64,000 nucleotides of DNA from a virus (Duplodnaviria > Caudoviricetes): IMG/VR virus record IMGVR_UViG_3300032227_000993. One strand, 5' to 3'. The translations under genes were made by a program, and so were the position numbers. Below, one piece after another: positions 8,980 to 17,844 of this stretch. The notes under the pieces are model-generated. The model did no database searches. It had not been told where the DNA came from and saw only the letters and a list, made by a program, of their open reading frames with translations. The first letter of the stretch is position 1; each line of letters starts with the position of its first letter.

Positions 8980-9771
8980 TTATAATTTTAAAAAGGTTGG
9001 TAATATGTTGTGATGTAAATTATTCTTTATTTGGTCAACATTATCGATCGTTCCTGCTACAATGCCGCCAAATATCTGTTCTACAGTCCATTTGGGTATG
9101 TTCCAATGCTTACACCAACTGTCATGTTGAGTGGGCCACCATTTTTCAAATTCTTCTATAGACGGATTGTCAACCAGGTCAATATCTTCTAGAGCAATAT
9201 GAAGGATGGGACGAAAACTAATCCAGGGCTTGGCTAGTTCGCAAAATCTTTCAAAATTTTCTGGCTCGTTATTTTCCCAGTACAGGTGTGGAGTTTTACC
9301 TAACTCGGCCCATGTAAAAAATACTTCACCTTGCTTTATTTTAGTAGACGGAGTGATCCACGAGTAGTCAATTGGTTTGGTAACTGGTCCGCCGGTTTCT
9401 CTATAGTCGATTGTTAGACAATAACGACGCGGACGATGATAGCGTTCGCACAGGTGAATATGCTCGTGAAACTTTAACCATTTAGGGTCGCCGTTGTAGT
9501 TTTTTTCATAGACAATATGGATAGCATTGAGATAATCTTGGTCTTTACTTTTATTGCGTTCAATAGTTAATCCTAACTCGGCACCATACCTAACTAATCT
9601 ATCATCCAACTCATCATACGAATACAGATCATAATAAAAAGGCGAGTCCCATTCTTGAAACGGAATAGCGACGTGTTGTAAACTCTTACACATCTTTGAA
9701 AATGCTTTGTTGATAGGCAAATCACGCAAGGTAATATCTACAGCAGAAGAGTCAGAAAACAGTAGTTTCAT
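8980..9771 (-). CDS. hypothetical protein, paralogue of 15798..16703
   Basis: Shared motifs DQ..LN.(I/L)H, H.(C/L)E, LG(K/R)T. Confidence 0.75.
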   Translation of the reverse strand: MKLLFSDSSAVDITLRDLPINKAFSKMCKSLQHVAIPFQEWDSPFYYDLYSYDELDDRLVRYGAELGLTIERNKSKDQDYLNAIHIVYEKNYNGDPKWLKFHEHIHLCERYHRPRRYCLTIDYRETGGPVTKPIDYSWITPSTKIKQGEVFFTWAELGKTPHLYWENNEPENFERFCELAKPWISFRPILHIALEDIDLVDNPSIEEFEKWWPTQHDSWCKHWNIPKWTVEQIFGGIVAGTIDNVDQIKNNLHHNILPTFLKL

Positions 9772-9802
9772 ACACTAATTTATATCGTTAAATTTTGTAG
9801 GT

Positions 9803-9833
9803 AAAAAAACAGGAACCGTTTTACGGGTCCCTG
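9803..9833 (-). terminator. intrinsic terminator
   Basis: CAGGGACCCGT-AAA-ACGGTTCCTG followed by a T7 tract on minus. Confidence 0.7.
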
Positions 9834-9881
9834 ATAAAATGGGCAGTTAAGAACTGCCCAGGAGCTACCAAAATACTTAGC

Positions 9882-10283
9882 CTAATAGGCTAAGTCCTGT
9901 AAATTTCTTACCTGTAATTCTGTTTCAAAAATCTTGCGAAAATGTTCTGGCACGTGATGTTGCGTTTCAAGTATGGCTTCGATATGATCTGTATCTAATG
10001 CGCATAATGGTTTCCAGGTTAACGGCTGACGACCATCTTTGCCACGTGTGCCCCAGTGAAATGCTTCGCGGACAACTTCATGTGGGTCCGTATTGTAAAC
10101 ACTTAATTCTTCAAACGGAGCACTATCTTGGATAGTCCTACGCAAGTACTCTGTGCCACCATCGACCATATACTCCAACCCATTGGCATCTACATATTCT
10201 TTGTAGTCGTGTCTATGGTAACTTTGGAGTACATACCCGTCCGGAGTGCGGATACGGTTAGCTACAATGCGTGGTTCGGTCAT
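9882..10283 (-). CDS. hypothetical phage protein (133 aa)
   Basis: ORF track; ATGA-type overlap with the upstream gene. Confidence 0.75.
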   Translation of the reverse strand: MTEPRIVANRIRTPDGYVLQSYHRHDYKEYVDANGLEYMVDGGTEYLRRTIQDSAPFEELSVYNTDPHEVVREAFHWGTRGKDGRQPLTWKPLCALDTDHIEAILETQHHVPEHFRKIFETELQVRNLQDLAY

Positions 10284-10498
10284 TTGTCACCTCTAAGATA
10301 TGGCGGTACATCTGTATCAACAATAGGCTGGCCAAAGTGTTCTTTGATAACTAAATTCCAGGCCCTGCCACGACTAAAGATATTATGGGTGTACGCTAAA
10401 TCAGCACACTCTTGTATGATCAACTGGGCAAACAAGTCTAATCCTTCTTGGTCAGGATTATCTTGTATGCCAGCCTGTTGTTTGAATTTATTGATCAT
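10280..10498 (-). CDS. small hypothetical phage protein (FAQLIIQEC motif)
   Basis: ORF track; tightly packed in the operon. Confidence 0.7.
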   Translation of the reverse strand: MINKFKQQAGIQDNPDQEGLDLFAQLIIQECADLAYTHNIFSRGRAWNLVIKEHFGQPIVDTDVPPYLRGDK

Positions 10499-10499
10499 A

Positions 10500-11519
10500 T
10501 TAACTGTGTTTCATACAAGTGCTAACTGCTAGGGCTTTCCAATTTTGCTGCGAAACCTTGGTCAAGTCTGCCAACTTTAATGCCATGCGCAGGCTCATTT
10601 CACGTAACTTATCTTTGTTGGCATCCATAAATGTCAAGATCTCGTCACCTTGTTCTGGCGTAAAATCATAGTCATTAAACAGTTGTCCTTGACGGAAGAT
10701 TTGTTTGATACGCAAGAACTTGTCACGCATTGTGTTAAGAGTCAAGTCTAAAAAGTGACAACGACTCTGTAGTGCTTCCAAGTGATCTTGCATACGTTTA
10801 GACTTCAAGTTATCAAACTTCAAGTTGGTAATAAAGATACAACCGCCTTTGAAATCAAACACATCAGGTACACCTTCACGGCGCAGCATAGCACTATCGG
10901 AGTTCCAGTGGATCTTACGTTTCTTACCCGAATCCAATGCGGCCTTAAGAATGTTCAACGCCAATTCGTCTTGGAATACTGAGTCACAGTCGTCAAATAC
11001 CAAGACGTTATTGCTGTCACTGTGACGATAAAGAGTACAGTACAAACCAATAGGAGTCATAGCACCTTTGACTACTTCGTATTTGATCTTTTTACCTGAA
11101 ATGCGATCAAACATACCAGATTTTTCAAGCTCAAATTCTACGCCATAGCTCTTACCTACTCCAGGAGGGCCTACTACAATCATAGCACGGACGTCGCCTG
11201 AGATAGTGGCACGGGTCATTTGATGTAAAATATCAAATCGTTGTTCGATACGATTCATTACTTCTTCGTCAGTTTCTGCCTGTGGCACAGTAAGAGCTAT
11301 GGGTTGAGCAGTAGCTTCGCCTGTGACAAACTCCACATCTTCAATTGAGTCTACGTTAACACGAACTACTTCTGGCAAGTCTGGGCCAAAATAGCCATCT
11401 GATTTTACAGTCACATAGCCTCCTTTGGCTCCGGTTTGATAACCTTTTACTAGTTCAAATACCATACCATTAACAGGTTGTTTACGATATGTACCACGCT
11501 TAATCAAGATTGTTGACAT
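10500..11519 (-). CDS. phage AAA+ ATPase
   Basis: Walker A GPPGVGKS, Walker B LVFDDCD, Arg finger (ALQSRC); strong SD AAGGAG. Confidence 0.85.
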   Translation of the reverse strand: MSTILIKRGTYRKQPVNGMVFELVKGYQTGAKGGYVTVKSDGYFGPDLPEVVRVNVDSIEDVEFVTGEATAQPIALTVPQAETDEEVMNRIEQRFDILHQMTRATISGDVRAMIVVGPPGVGKSYGVEFELEKSGMFDRISGKKIKYEVVKGAMTPIGLYCTLYRHSDSNNVLVFDDCDSVFQDELALNILKAALDSGKKRKIHWNSDSAMLRREGVPDVFDFKGGCIFITNLKFDNLKSKRMQDHLEALQSRCHFLDLTLNTMRDKFLRIKQIFRQGQLFNDYDFTPEQGDEILTFMDANKDKLREMSLRMALKLADLTKVSQQNWKALAVSTCMKHS

Positions 11520-11549
11520 CTTAGCTCCTTTTTTTAAGTTTATGTGATT

Positions 11550-11578
11550 ATTTTACAGTACAATGTTTTTATTGTCAA
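11550..11578 (-). promoter_or_regulatory. sigma70 (early) promoter
   Basis: TTGACA-17 nt-TAAAAT, then SD aaaggag before ATG 11519. Confidence 0.85.
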
Positions 11579-11742
11579 CCGTTGGTAACGTAACGAACCA
11601 CAACATCAGAACCATTAAACATTGCCTTGACCGTTTGTTCGGCCAAATAAGCCGAACTGGTATTGATTGGCATGACGCCTTCACTCACTATCATGCTACT
11701 GCCTTTTTCGTAAACGGTGTAGGTTACATTGTAAATTGACAT
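11575..11742 (-). CDS. small hypothetical protein (55 aa)
   Basis: Below the track cut-off. Manual translation MSIYNVTYTVYEKGSSMIVSEGVMPINTSSAYLAEQTVKAMFNGSDVVVRYVTNG*; fills the gap between 11745 and the promoter. Confidence 0.65.
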   Translation of the reverse strand: MSIYNVTYTVYEKGSSMIVSEGVMPINTSSAYLAEQTVKAMFNGSDVVVRYVTNG

Positions 11743-11744
11743 TA

Positions 11745-12017
11745 TTACATACTCCAGTAAGATTCAGATGCTGGTGAACAATAGTAAGGGGTGTCGTAAC
11801 GCTCGGTGAACTCCTTACCGCCCATTAGATTTGTTTTGGTTACAAAGGTTTCTTTTAACTTGATAGTAATGCCTTTGTCCTGAAGCTTTTCAACTACCGT
11901 ATCAATGTAGTCACGGGTAACTGGTTCAAAATCACGTTTTTCAACCAGGCGCTGACCTTCTTTAACACGGCGATCAGCTTTGTAAATTTCTAATGTGTAT
12001 GCTGTAAGTTTTGACAT
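11745..12017 (-). CDS. small hypothetical early protein (C-terminal TPYYCSPASESYWSM)
   Basis: ORF track; strong SD AAGGAG; own sigma70 promoter. Confidence 0.8.
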   Translation of the reverse strand: MSKLTAYTLEIYKADRRVKEGQRLVEKRDFEPVTRDYIDTVVEKLQDKGITIKLKETFVTKTNLMGGKEFTERYDTPYYCSPASESYWSM

Positions 12018-12047
12018 TTTTAGCTCCTTTTTATTAACTATGCTGCT

Positions 12048-12076
12048 AGTTTAACAAATAAGGATTAAATGGTCAA
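12048..12076 (-). promoter_or_regulatory. sigma70 (early) promoter
   Basis: TTGACC-17 nt-TAAACT followed by SD aaaggag. Confidence 0.7.
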
Positions 12077-12082
12077 CCTCAT

Positions 12083-12108
12083 AAAAAAGCCCTAAAAACG
12101 GGCTTTTT
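12083..12108 (-). terminator. intrinsic terminator (possibly bidirectional)
   Basis: aaaaaaGCCC-taaaaac-GGGCttttt; T tracts on both strands. Confidence 0.7.
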
Positions 12109-12129
12109 GATAGGTTAGTAGGCACTAAC

Positions 12130-12882
12130 TTAGTGCTGGCCCAGCCACATCAAGCTCTTATCAAGCCACGGTAATGTCAGGCTTTTTTGTTCTAAGTAAC
12201 CCTTGGCGTTGATACACTTGTCTGCTGTGGCTGGTAGAAGTTCTTTTTCAACCAGGTCATACCAACGAGTTGTAGCAGGGTCCATTGGGCTATGAGAACT
12301 TTTGTAAACCACAGCATGAATCCACGGATCAGTAGGATCTTTTTTAAAGAATCCTGCTTTGCAATCCCACCCAGCCACGGCCAGCATATGAATAAGATTA
12401 ATCAAAGTGTAGTGATAATACGCACCATCTTCCTGGGCAAAATCTAAATCATGCCGATGAATATTTGTTGTTTGTTTTATCACAATTACCAACATGGCGC
12501 CGTCGGAAGCAATTTCGTGCCACTTGGATAAGGTCTGAATTGGATTTAAACAGTATTGAAAACTATCGTGGCACCAGAGTACATCAAATTTATCTGGAGG
12601 TGTTTGAATGATTCCTTCAAAGTTGGACTGTTGATATTTGATATTGGTGTGTTGTTTAGTTATGGTAGGTCGTTCGATAAGATCTACACCAGTGCATTTG
12701 ATATTCAACGGCACGGGTTCTTCGTCACGAGTGGTTCTGGTAGCCCACCATTCTAAATCGCGCCCACTCCCGCAGCCTAAATCTATTACGGTTTTAATTG
12801 ACAACATGAAATCATCATGTCTGAATAATTCATTGAGTGTTTGTAAACTGTGTTCGTGTGATTCTTGAGGATTTCTAAACAT
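12130..12882 (-). CDS. class I SAM-dependent methyltransferase
   Basis: Motif I VIDLGCGSG, CTGVD, FDVLWCHDSFQY. Confidence 0.85.
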   Translation of the reverse strand: MFRNPQESHEHSLQTLNELFRHDDFMLSIKTVIDLGCGSGRDLEWWATRTTRDEEPVPLNIKCTGVDLIERPTITKQHTNIKYQQSNFEGIIQTPPDKFDVLWCHDSFQYCLNPIQTLSKWHEIASDGAMLVIVIKQTTNIHRHDLDFAQEDGAYYHYTLINLIHMLAVAGWDCKAGFFKKDPTDPWIHAVVYKSSHSPMDPATTRWYDLVEKELLPATADKCINAKGYLEQKSLTLPWLDKSLMWLGQH

Positions 12883-12884
12883 TT

Positions 12885-13337
12885 TTATACCTGAATATCT
12901 TCCATGCCGGCGGCTCTAAGTCGAACAATATGTCCCAACATAAAGTTCTTGGATTCCATGGCCTTCATGATGCCAAGGTACTTATTTCTAAGCAATGCTA
13001 CTTCGTTAATAAGTGTTTCAAAGTCAATTACTTCATCTTCGCCATCCACATACTTTTCAGCATCGCGACTGGTAAGAGCACGAGCATACCCTTCTAAGTA
13101 CTTTTGAAAGTGTCGACGACGGATTTTGCGTAGTTGTATGTTGAGATAGTTTAGTACCGCTTCAATTTCCTGTAGCTGATTAAATCTGTGCTCAGTAATA
13201 CCAGGCAATGCTGTAATATTTTTTTCAACAATTCCACCAACTCTACAGTCGCGGCGAGCTTCTTCGAGCTCATGTTCGTAGTGTGCAATAAAATCTGGGA
13301 TGGAACTTAGGTCAGCTGTAACTTTACTATACCACAT
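12885..13337 (-). CDS. uvsY: recombination mediator UvsY-like
   Basis: Helical 150-aa protein; C-terminal KAMESKNFMLGHIVRLR resembles T4 UvsY; near recA and SSB. Confidence 0.75.
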   Translation of the reverse strand: MWYSKVTADLSSIPDFIAHYEHELEEARRDCRVGGIVEKNITALPGITEHRFNQLQEIEAVLNYLNIQLRKIRRRHFQKYLEGYARALTSRDAEKYVDGEDEVIDFETLINEVALLRNKYLGIMKAMESKNFMLGHIVRLRAAGMEDIQV

Positions 13338-14487
13338 AATTTTCCTTTATACCTAACCATTGTAACATACTTTCAGGGAAGATGTCAAGGTTTAAATTGC
13401 GTCTACGGGCAAATTCCTTCAAGAAGGTCGCACAATTTTCTTGCTGCTTGCGGGTATTGGGAACATACAATGCTTTAATAATTTCGTCCTTGATTGCGAT
13501 ATCGCTGGCAGAAATTTGCTTGGCCAAATGGTCTATTGTATCGCTGTCTAATACATTAATTTGCAAATAGGTAGGATCGTTACAAAAGGTGTAATCAATA
13601 CTGTCGCCATGGGCATTAACAAAATCAACCAGGCCGTGGATAGTTAAATTGCTCAGTACCACGCCAAAAATAATTTTAAATCCTTGCTCGATCAATAAAT
13701 TAAGATTTTTTGTAAAATTTTCATAAGTGTTGCCGTATCGATTGAACTCGTAAAATTTATCAATATTTTCTGCGCTGACTACTACGGTTAAATTATCATG
13801 GTTATTAATTTTACTAAGTTGAGTTTTTAATCTCGAATGGTCAACTCCTAGCCCTGTGTAAAACATAATTTCTTCTGAACCGGTAAGATTGTTTAGTAAT
13901 TCCGGAAAGCTATTGTACAAAAAAGGTTCGCCGCCGGTGATGCAAATATTTTTTACGTTGGTAAATGTTTTAACTTCGTTGAGCACCGTGGCAAATCCAT
14001 CAGTTTGTTGGTGTTCCTTTTGACTAACTTTTAACATTACCCGATCTAACGGTGTTAGTGTAAATTTTGGTGTGTCAAGATATGTGCCGTTGCTAATGTC
14101 ACGCAACCAGGATGAACTGTACTGTTTGTCACAATACGAGCAGGTTAAATTGCAAGTAGATCCTAAAATAATATTTAATTTTTCAGGTTGCGATTCTAAA
14201 ATAGTGTGAGTCCGAGCATTGGTACCGCTTAGTACACGCCTACTAGGTAGCCCTTTGGCTTCTGGTTTCCAGCAGGCAGCCTCGCAACTACTGACTGGGA
14301 TATTGTCAAGCATATCTTGTCGTTCTTGTAACAACAAAGGTGTGTTAAATATTTTTCCAGGATTGTTCTTAAGCCAAGTTAGGTCAATTTTTGAGGGTGT
14401 ACCCATACAACATGAGTAGGTTGATCTTCGTTCAAGATCAACCGTTAGCCATGTAAATTTTTGAGAACAATAAAAATTATTGTTAAT
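13327..14487 (-). CDS. radical SAM protein with N-terminal Cys-rich (twitch/SPASM-like) segment; start uncertain
   Basis: CNLTCSYC (CxxxCxxC), TGGEPF, N-terminal FYC...SCC...CEAAC. The only upstream ATGs lie deep inside the preceding gene, so the start is tentatively placed at ATT 14487. Confidence 0.8.
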   Translation of the reverse strand: MNNNFYCSQKFTWLTVDLERRSTYSCCMGTPSKIDLTWLKNNPGKIFNTPLLLQERQDMLDNIPVSSCEAACWKPEAKGLPSRRVLSGTNARTHTILESQPEKLNIILGSTCNLTCSYCDKQYSSSWLRDISNGTYLDTPKFTLTPLDRVMLKVSQKEHQQTDGFATVLNEVKTFTNVKNICITGGEPFLYNSFPELLNNLTGSEEIMFYTGLGVDHSRLKTQLSKINNHDNLTVVVSAENIDKFYEFNRYGNTYENFTKNLNLLIEQGFKIIFGVVLSNLTIHGLVDFVNAHGDSIDYTFCNDPTYLQINVLDSDTIDHLAKQISASDIAIKDEIIKALYVPNTRKQQENCATFLKEFARRRNLNLDIFPESMLQWLGIKENYVV

Positions 14488-14728
14488 AGTCCTCGTCCTC
14501 TTCGTAGTCCTCTTCGTCGTCTTCTTCCTCATCTTGATGATCTTTAAGATAGTGGGCCAATGCCGCTTTGACAGCAGAATCTGATTTGAATACTGATTTA
14601 ATATCGTCGGCATCGCAATCGTTATCAATTAGTACGCTTACCAATGTTTCTGCTGCTTCATCACGATCTACCACATTGACATGACGCTTGAGCTCGTTCC
14701 AAATTTCTTTAGCTAGTTCAACTGACAT
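14483..14728 (-). CDS. small hypothetical protein with acidic C-terminal tail
   Basis: ORF track; SD GGAGG; ends DEEEDDEEDYEEDEDY. Confidence 0.75.
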   Translation of the reverse strand: MSVELAKEIWNELKRHVNVVDRDEAAETLVSVLIDNDCDADDIKSVFKSDSAVKAALAHYLKDHQDEEEDDEEDYEEDEDY

Positions 14729-14730
14729 TC

Positions 14731-15795
14731 TTATTCCTCCGTTTGTGTATCTGTACTTAGTTCAATTGGTTCCGCTGGATGTTTTCCAAATTCTTCAATG
14801 ATTTTATCCAAGCAACCTTCTTCATTTGATTCCCAGGCCTTGCGGAACTGTTTGATGATTTCGCCGTCAAGTGTAACATACATCAAGCGGTTGCCGTCTT
14901 TCTTGAGCAGGCCCTTTTTCTCAGCCAAGTCTGTCATACCACTGTATGGGCTCATGCCTGTTGAGTATGGAATCTTAACTTGAACGCCTTCAAATGGTTT
15001 AGCATAACGTGTTTTCATAATCTTACAACCAGCACGGATACCATTTACTTCTGTGACTTTGTTGCCATCTTCATCTTCTTTCAGCTTCATTTTCTTCATA
15101 GCTACTACGATAGAACTAGCATAGATAAAACCTTGTCCACCTGAAATCTTGTCATCCGGATCAAACATATCTTGGCTTGCGTATGTATGATTTGTACATA
15201 CTAATCCTACATTAAAACTACCAAACATATTGACACAGTTGCGAACTAATGCGGTAAGTGCCTTGGGTTTACGGCCCATGTCACCTTTTAAGTCGCCGGC
15301 TTCAAACTGATTCATATCAGTCGGAGTAAGCAACATACCCAACGAGTCAATAACAAACAGGACTTTCATACGCTCGCCATCTGGTAGTGCTTTGTAGTCT
15401 GCCATAAATGTTGAAATAGTTTTTGCTACATCATCAATCATGGCCATGTTGAGTTTAAGTAACTTGTCTTCACCGGTATCTACACCTAATGCGTGTAACC
15501 ATTTCTCATCAAGTGCGTTTTCTGAGTCGATTAAGATAACAAAAATGCCTTGCTCTTGTGCGTGTTTTACAATATTACCACTACAGATGTATGACTTGCC
15601 TGCGCCGGACTCACCGGCAAATACTGTTACCTTGCCTAAGGGAATTCCTTTGTTGAAGTCTCCAGAGATAAGATAGTTCAAGGCAAAGTTACCTGTACTA
15701 ATCCAGTCTGTTGGATCGTTGAATCCAATACTAAGACCATCAATGCTCTTAGTGATATCTTTTCTAAATTTTGATACGTCAAATGCTTTTGCCAT
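14731..15795 (-). CDS. uvsX: RecA/UvsX recombinase
   Basis: Walker A AGESGAGKS, FVIDSLG, MGRKPKAL, TNHTY, GGQGFIYASS. Confidence 0.95.
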   Translation of the reverse strand: MAKAFDVSKFRKDITKSIDGLSIGFNDPTDWISTGNFALNYLISGDFNKGIPLGKVTVFAGESGAGKSYICSGNIVKHAQEQGIFVILIDSENALDEKWLHALGVDTGEDKLLKLNMAMIDDVAKTISTFMADYKALPDGERMKVLFVIDSLGMLLTPTDMNQFEAGDLKGDMGRKPKALTALVRNCVNMFGSFNVGLVCTNHTYASQDMFDPDDKISGGQGFIYASSIVVAMKKMKLKEDEDGNKVTEVNGIRAGCKIMKTRYAKPFEGVQVKIPYSTGMSPYSGMTDLAEKKGLLKKDGNRLMYVTLDGEIIKQFRKAWESNEEGCLDKIIEEFGKHPAEPIELSTDTQTEE

Positions 15796-15797
15796 GA

Positions 15798-16703
15798 TTA
15801 ATTTCCTTTGTTTAATTGTATAGAAAACTTATTACCTTGTAAAGTGTTTTGGAAGATAATTGTTCGATACCTAGCAAGACCAGTTGTTAAATCTGGAATA
15901 TTTCCAATATTTAAATTGTCGCCGCTGGGTATTTTGTTATGCTTATTACACCACTGTAAATATTCTTTGCTTAATGGAATTGTCTGTGGTGGTAAAAATG
16001 TCAATTCAACAAATCCCAAAAGTTGATCATATGTATTTTCGTCATCAAATACTAAATTGTGATCAAAGTTATTAAATTTATCATACAATGTTCTTCCTAA
16101 GTGATTGAATGCTATTCTAAAATTACACACATCGTTTGTAAGAATATTTTTTGGAAACGGATTTAAGATATCAAACCATGCTACATCAGCCACTTGAAAT
16201 TTCAGTTTGTTAAAAACACCTTCTAAATTGTGTACGCCGATATTAATATTGTCGTACGCAGGTCCACAATTCAATTTTTTAATAACATCACCAACTACAG
16301 GAGTTGGTATTTCGTCAGGGTACATATCATGTATCTGTTCGGCCTGTGCTGATTGATATTTTTTCCGTTTTTCTAAAATATTATATTCAATAGTTTGAGT
16401 ATTAACCCAATCGGCGTGAAGTTTATTTAAATTTGTTTGATCTAAGTATTCTTCAATTGGGTAAGTATCGATATTTTGATCAATTAACTCGTACACAAAC
16501 TTATTACACTCAGCGATTGTTGAGTCTAATTTATTTGTGTATTCCACCAGGCGTTTGCTGATATTATTGTATTCTGAAAAATTATTTGCATTCTGTGCAT
16601 TTAAATTTTCAACATAATACTCCAGCACTTCGGCTGCCTGATTATCGATGGTTTGAAAAGGTATAGAGTCGCCAGAGTTTTCAAAAACTAAAGAAAAATT
16701 CAT
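15798..16703 (-). CDS. hypothetical protein, paralogue of 8980..9771; AT-rich
   Basis: DQTNLNKLH...GVHNLE...HLGRT motifs. Confidence 0.75.
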   Translation of the reverse strand: MNFSLVFENSGDSIPFQTIDNQAAEVLEYYVENLNAQNANNFSEYNNISKRLVEYTNKLDSTIAECNKFVYELIDQNIDTYPIEEYLDQTNLNKLHADWVNTQTIEYNILEKRKKYQSAQAEQIHDMYPDEIPTPVVGDVIKKLNCGPAYDNINIGVHNLEGVFNKLKFQVADVAWFDILNPFPKNILTNDVCNFRIAFNHLGRTLYDKFNNFDHNLVFDDENTYDQLLGFVELTFLPPQTIPLSKEYLQWCNKHNKIPSGDNLNIGNIPDLTTGLARYRTIIFQNTLQGNKFSIQLNKGN

Positions 16704-16721
16704 TATATTTTGTAGGTAATG

Positions 16722-16747
16722 TGGTGACAGATTTTACTCTGTCACCA
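16722..16747 (-). terminator. perfect 10-bp hairpin after ssb (terminator or processing site)
   Basis: TGGTGACAGA-6 nt-TCTGTCACCA; no classical U tract. Confidence 0.5.
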
Positions 16748-16755
16748 ATCTCTGT

Positions 16756-17736
16756 TTACTGCTTTTGACGAGCACGGATCATCGCAAGGATGTCTTGTGC
16801 TTTATCGCCACCCGCTGCCGGAGCCGCTACAGGAGCACTTGCTACAGGAGCGTCATCTTCTTCATCATCAAAGCTAGATGTCACAGGAGCCGCTTTGGCT
16901 GCCGATGGAGCACTAGCCGGTGCTGATTCAGCAGCTGAACCTGCTGGAGCATTGACACCTGCTGGACGGAAGTATTGACCCCAACGCTCTGTGTCGTAGC
17001 TTTGGCCATCAACACTTGCTTCAAACATTTCTTTGATAACCTTGAGTTCAACATCAGTTGGCTTCTTAGGTAAGAATGTTGAGAGATCAAACAAGCCATA
17101 TTGATCAATGGCCGCTTGTTCTTCTGCTGTAAGAGCTGTTTCTTTGCGAGCCCATTTGCTTGTTGAATAGTCAGCAAAGCCACCTTTGGAGCCTTTGGTA
17201 ATACGGAAGTCTAGGCCACGCAAGTAGTCAGTTGGCAATTCTTCCAACTCTGGATCCATCAATGCGGCTTTGATACCTGTGAAGATTTGTGGTCCTATGA
17301 TAAATCGACGGATTGGATTTTCTGGAGTCTTGTCATCAGCAAGAGCATTCTCGCGAACAAAGCCTTGGAAAATGTAGTCACGTTTTTTCCAATACTTACG
17401 ACCCATTTCTTCTAGGCTCTTGTCCTTGAACCAGGTGCGTACTTCTGTAAGGATTGGGCAAGTTTCGTTCCACATTTCTACGCATGGAACACGAACTTGT
17501 ACTTGTTTGGATTCTGTTTCGCCTTTGATGCCGTTAAACGGAAGTCTAATCATCGCACGTTCTTGCCAGAAGAATGTGTTCTTGGTGTTGCCATCTGGGA
17601 GGAAGCGGAGTGTTGCGGATGAGCCTTCGGCAATATTCCAATGTGGATAAATTGCGCTGTCACCTTGTTGTGAACTGCCTTGTTGTTTGCCTTCGGATTG
17701 TGCCAAACGGGCACGGATTTCTGATAATGATGCCAT
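16756..17736 (-). CDS. single-stranded DNA-binding protein, T4 gp32-like
   Basis: LRFLPD, CVEMWNETCPI, KKRDYIFQG, GFADYSTSKW, acidic Ala-rich C-tail. Confidence 0.93.
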   Translation of the reverse strand: MASLSEIRARLAQSEGKQQGSSQQGDSAIYPHWNIAEGSSATLRFLPDGNTKNTFFWQERAMIRLPFNGIKGETESKQVQVRVPCVEMWNETCPILTEVRTWFKDKSLEEMGRKYWKKRDYIFQGFVRENALADDKTPENPIRRFIIGPQIFTGIKAALMDPELEELPTDYLRGLDFRITKGSKGGFADYSTSKWARKETALTAEEQAAIDQYGLFDLSTFLPKKPTDVELKVIKEMFEASVDGQSYDTERWGQYFRPAGVNAPAGSAAESAPASAPSAAKAAPVTSSFDDEEDDAPVASAPVAAPAAGGDKAQDILAMIRARQKQ

Positions 17737-17815
17737 TTTAAGTTGCCTTTCTAAGTTGTCTAAAATGTGATGCCTATCTTTGTTACAAGATTAATATTAC
17801 GTTGCTTGCCAATTT

Positions 17816-17844
17816 ATTATACACGTCCTGGTCCGTGTTTACAA
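17816..17844 (-). promoter_or_regulatory. sigma70-type promoter for ssb (plus TAAATA at 17882..17887)
   Basis: TTGTAA-17 nt-TATAAT. Confidence 0.7.

Noticed and set aside
12114-12136. Overlapping short palindromes GTTAGT-N4-ACTAAC and GCACTAA-N-TTAGTGC
   Set aside because: Single occurrence in the window with short arms; cannot be distinguished from chance without the rest of the genome.
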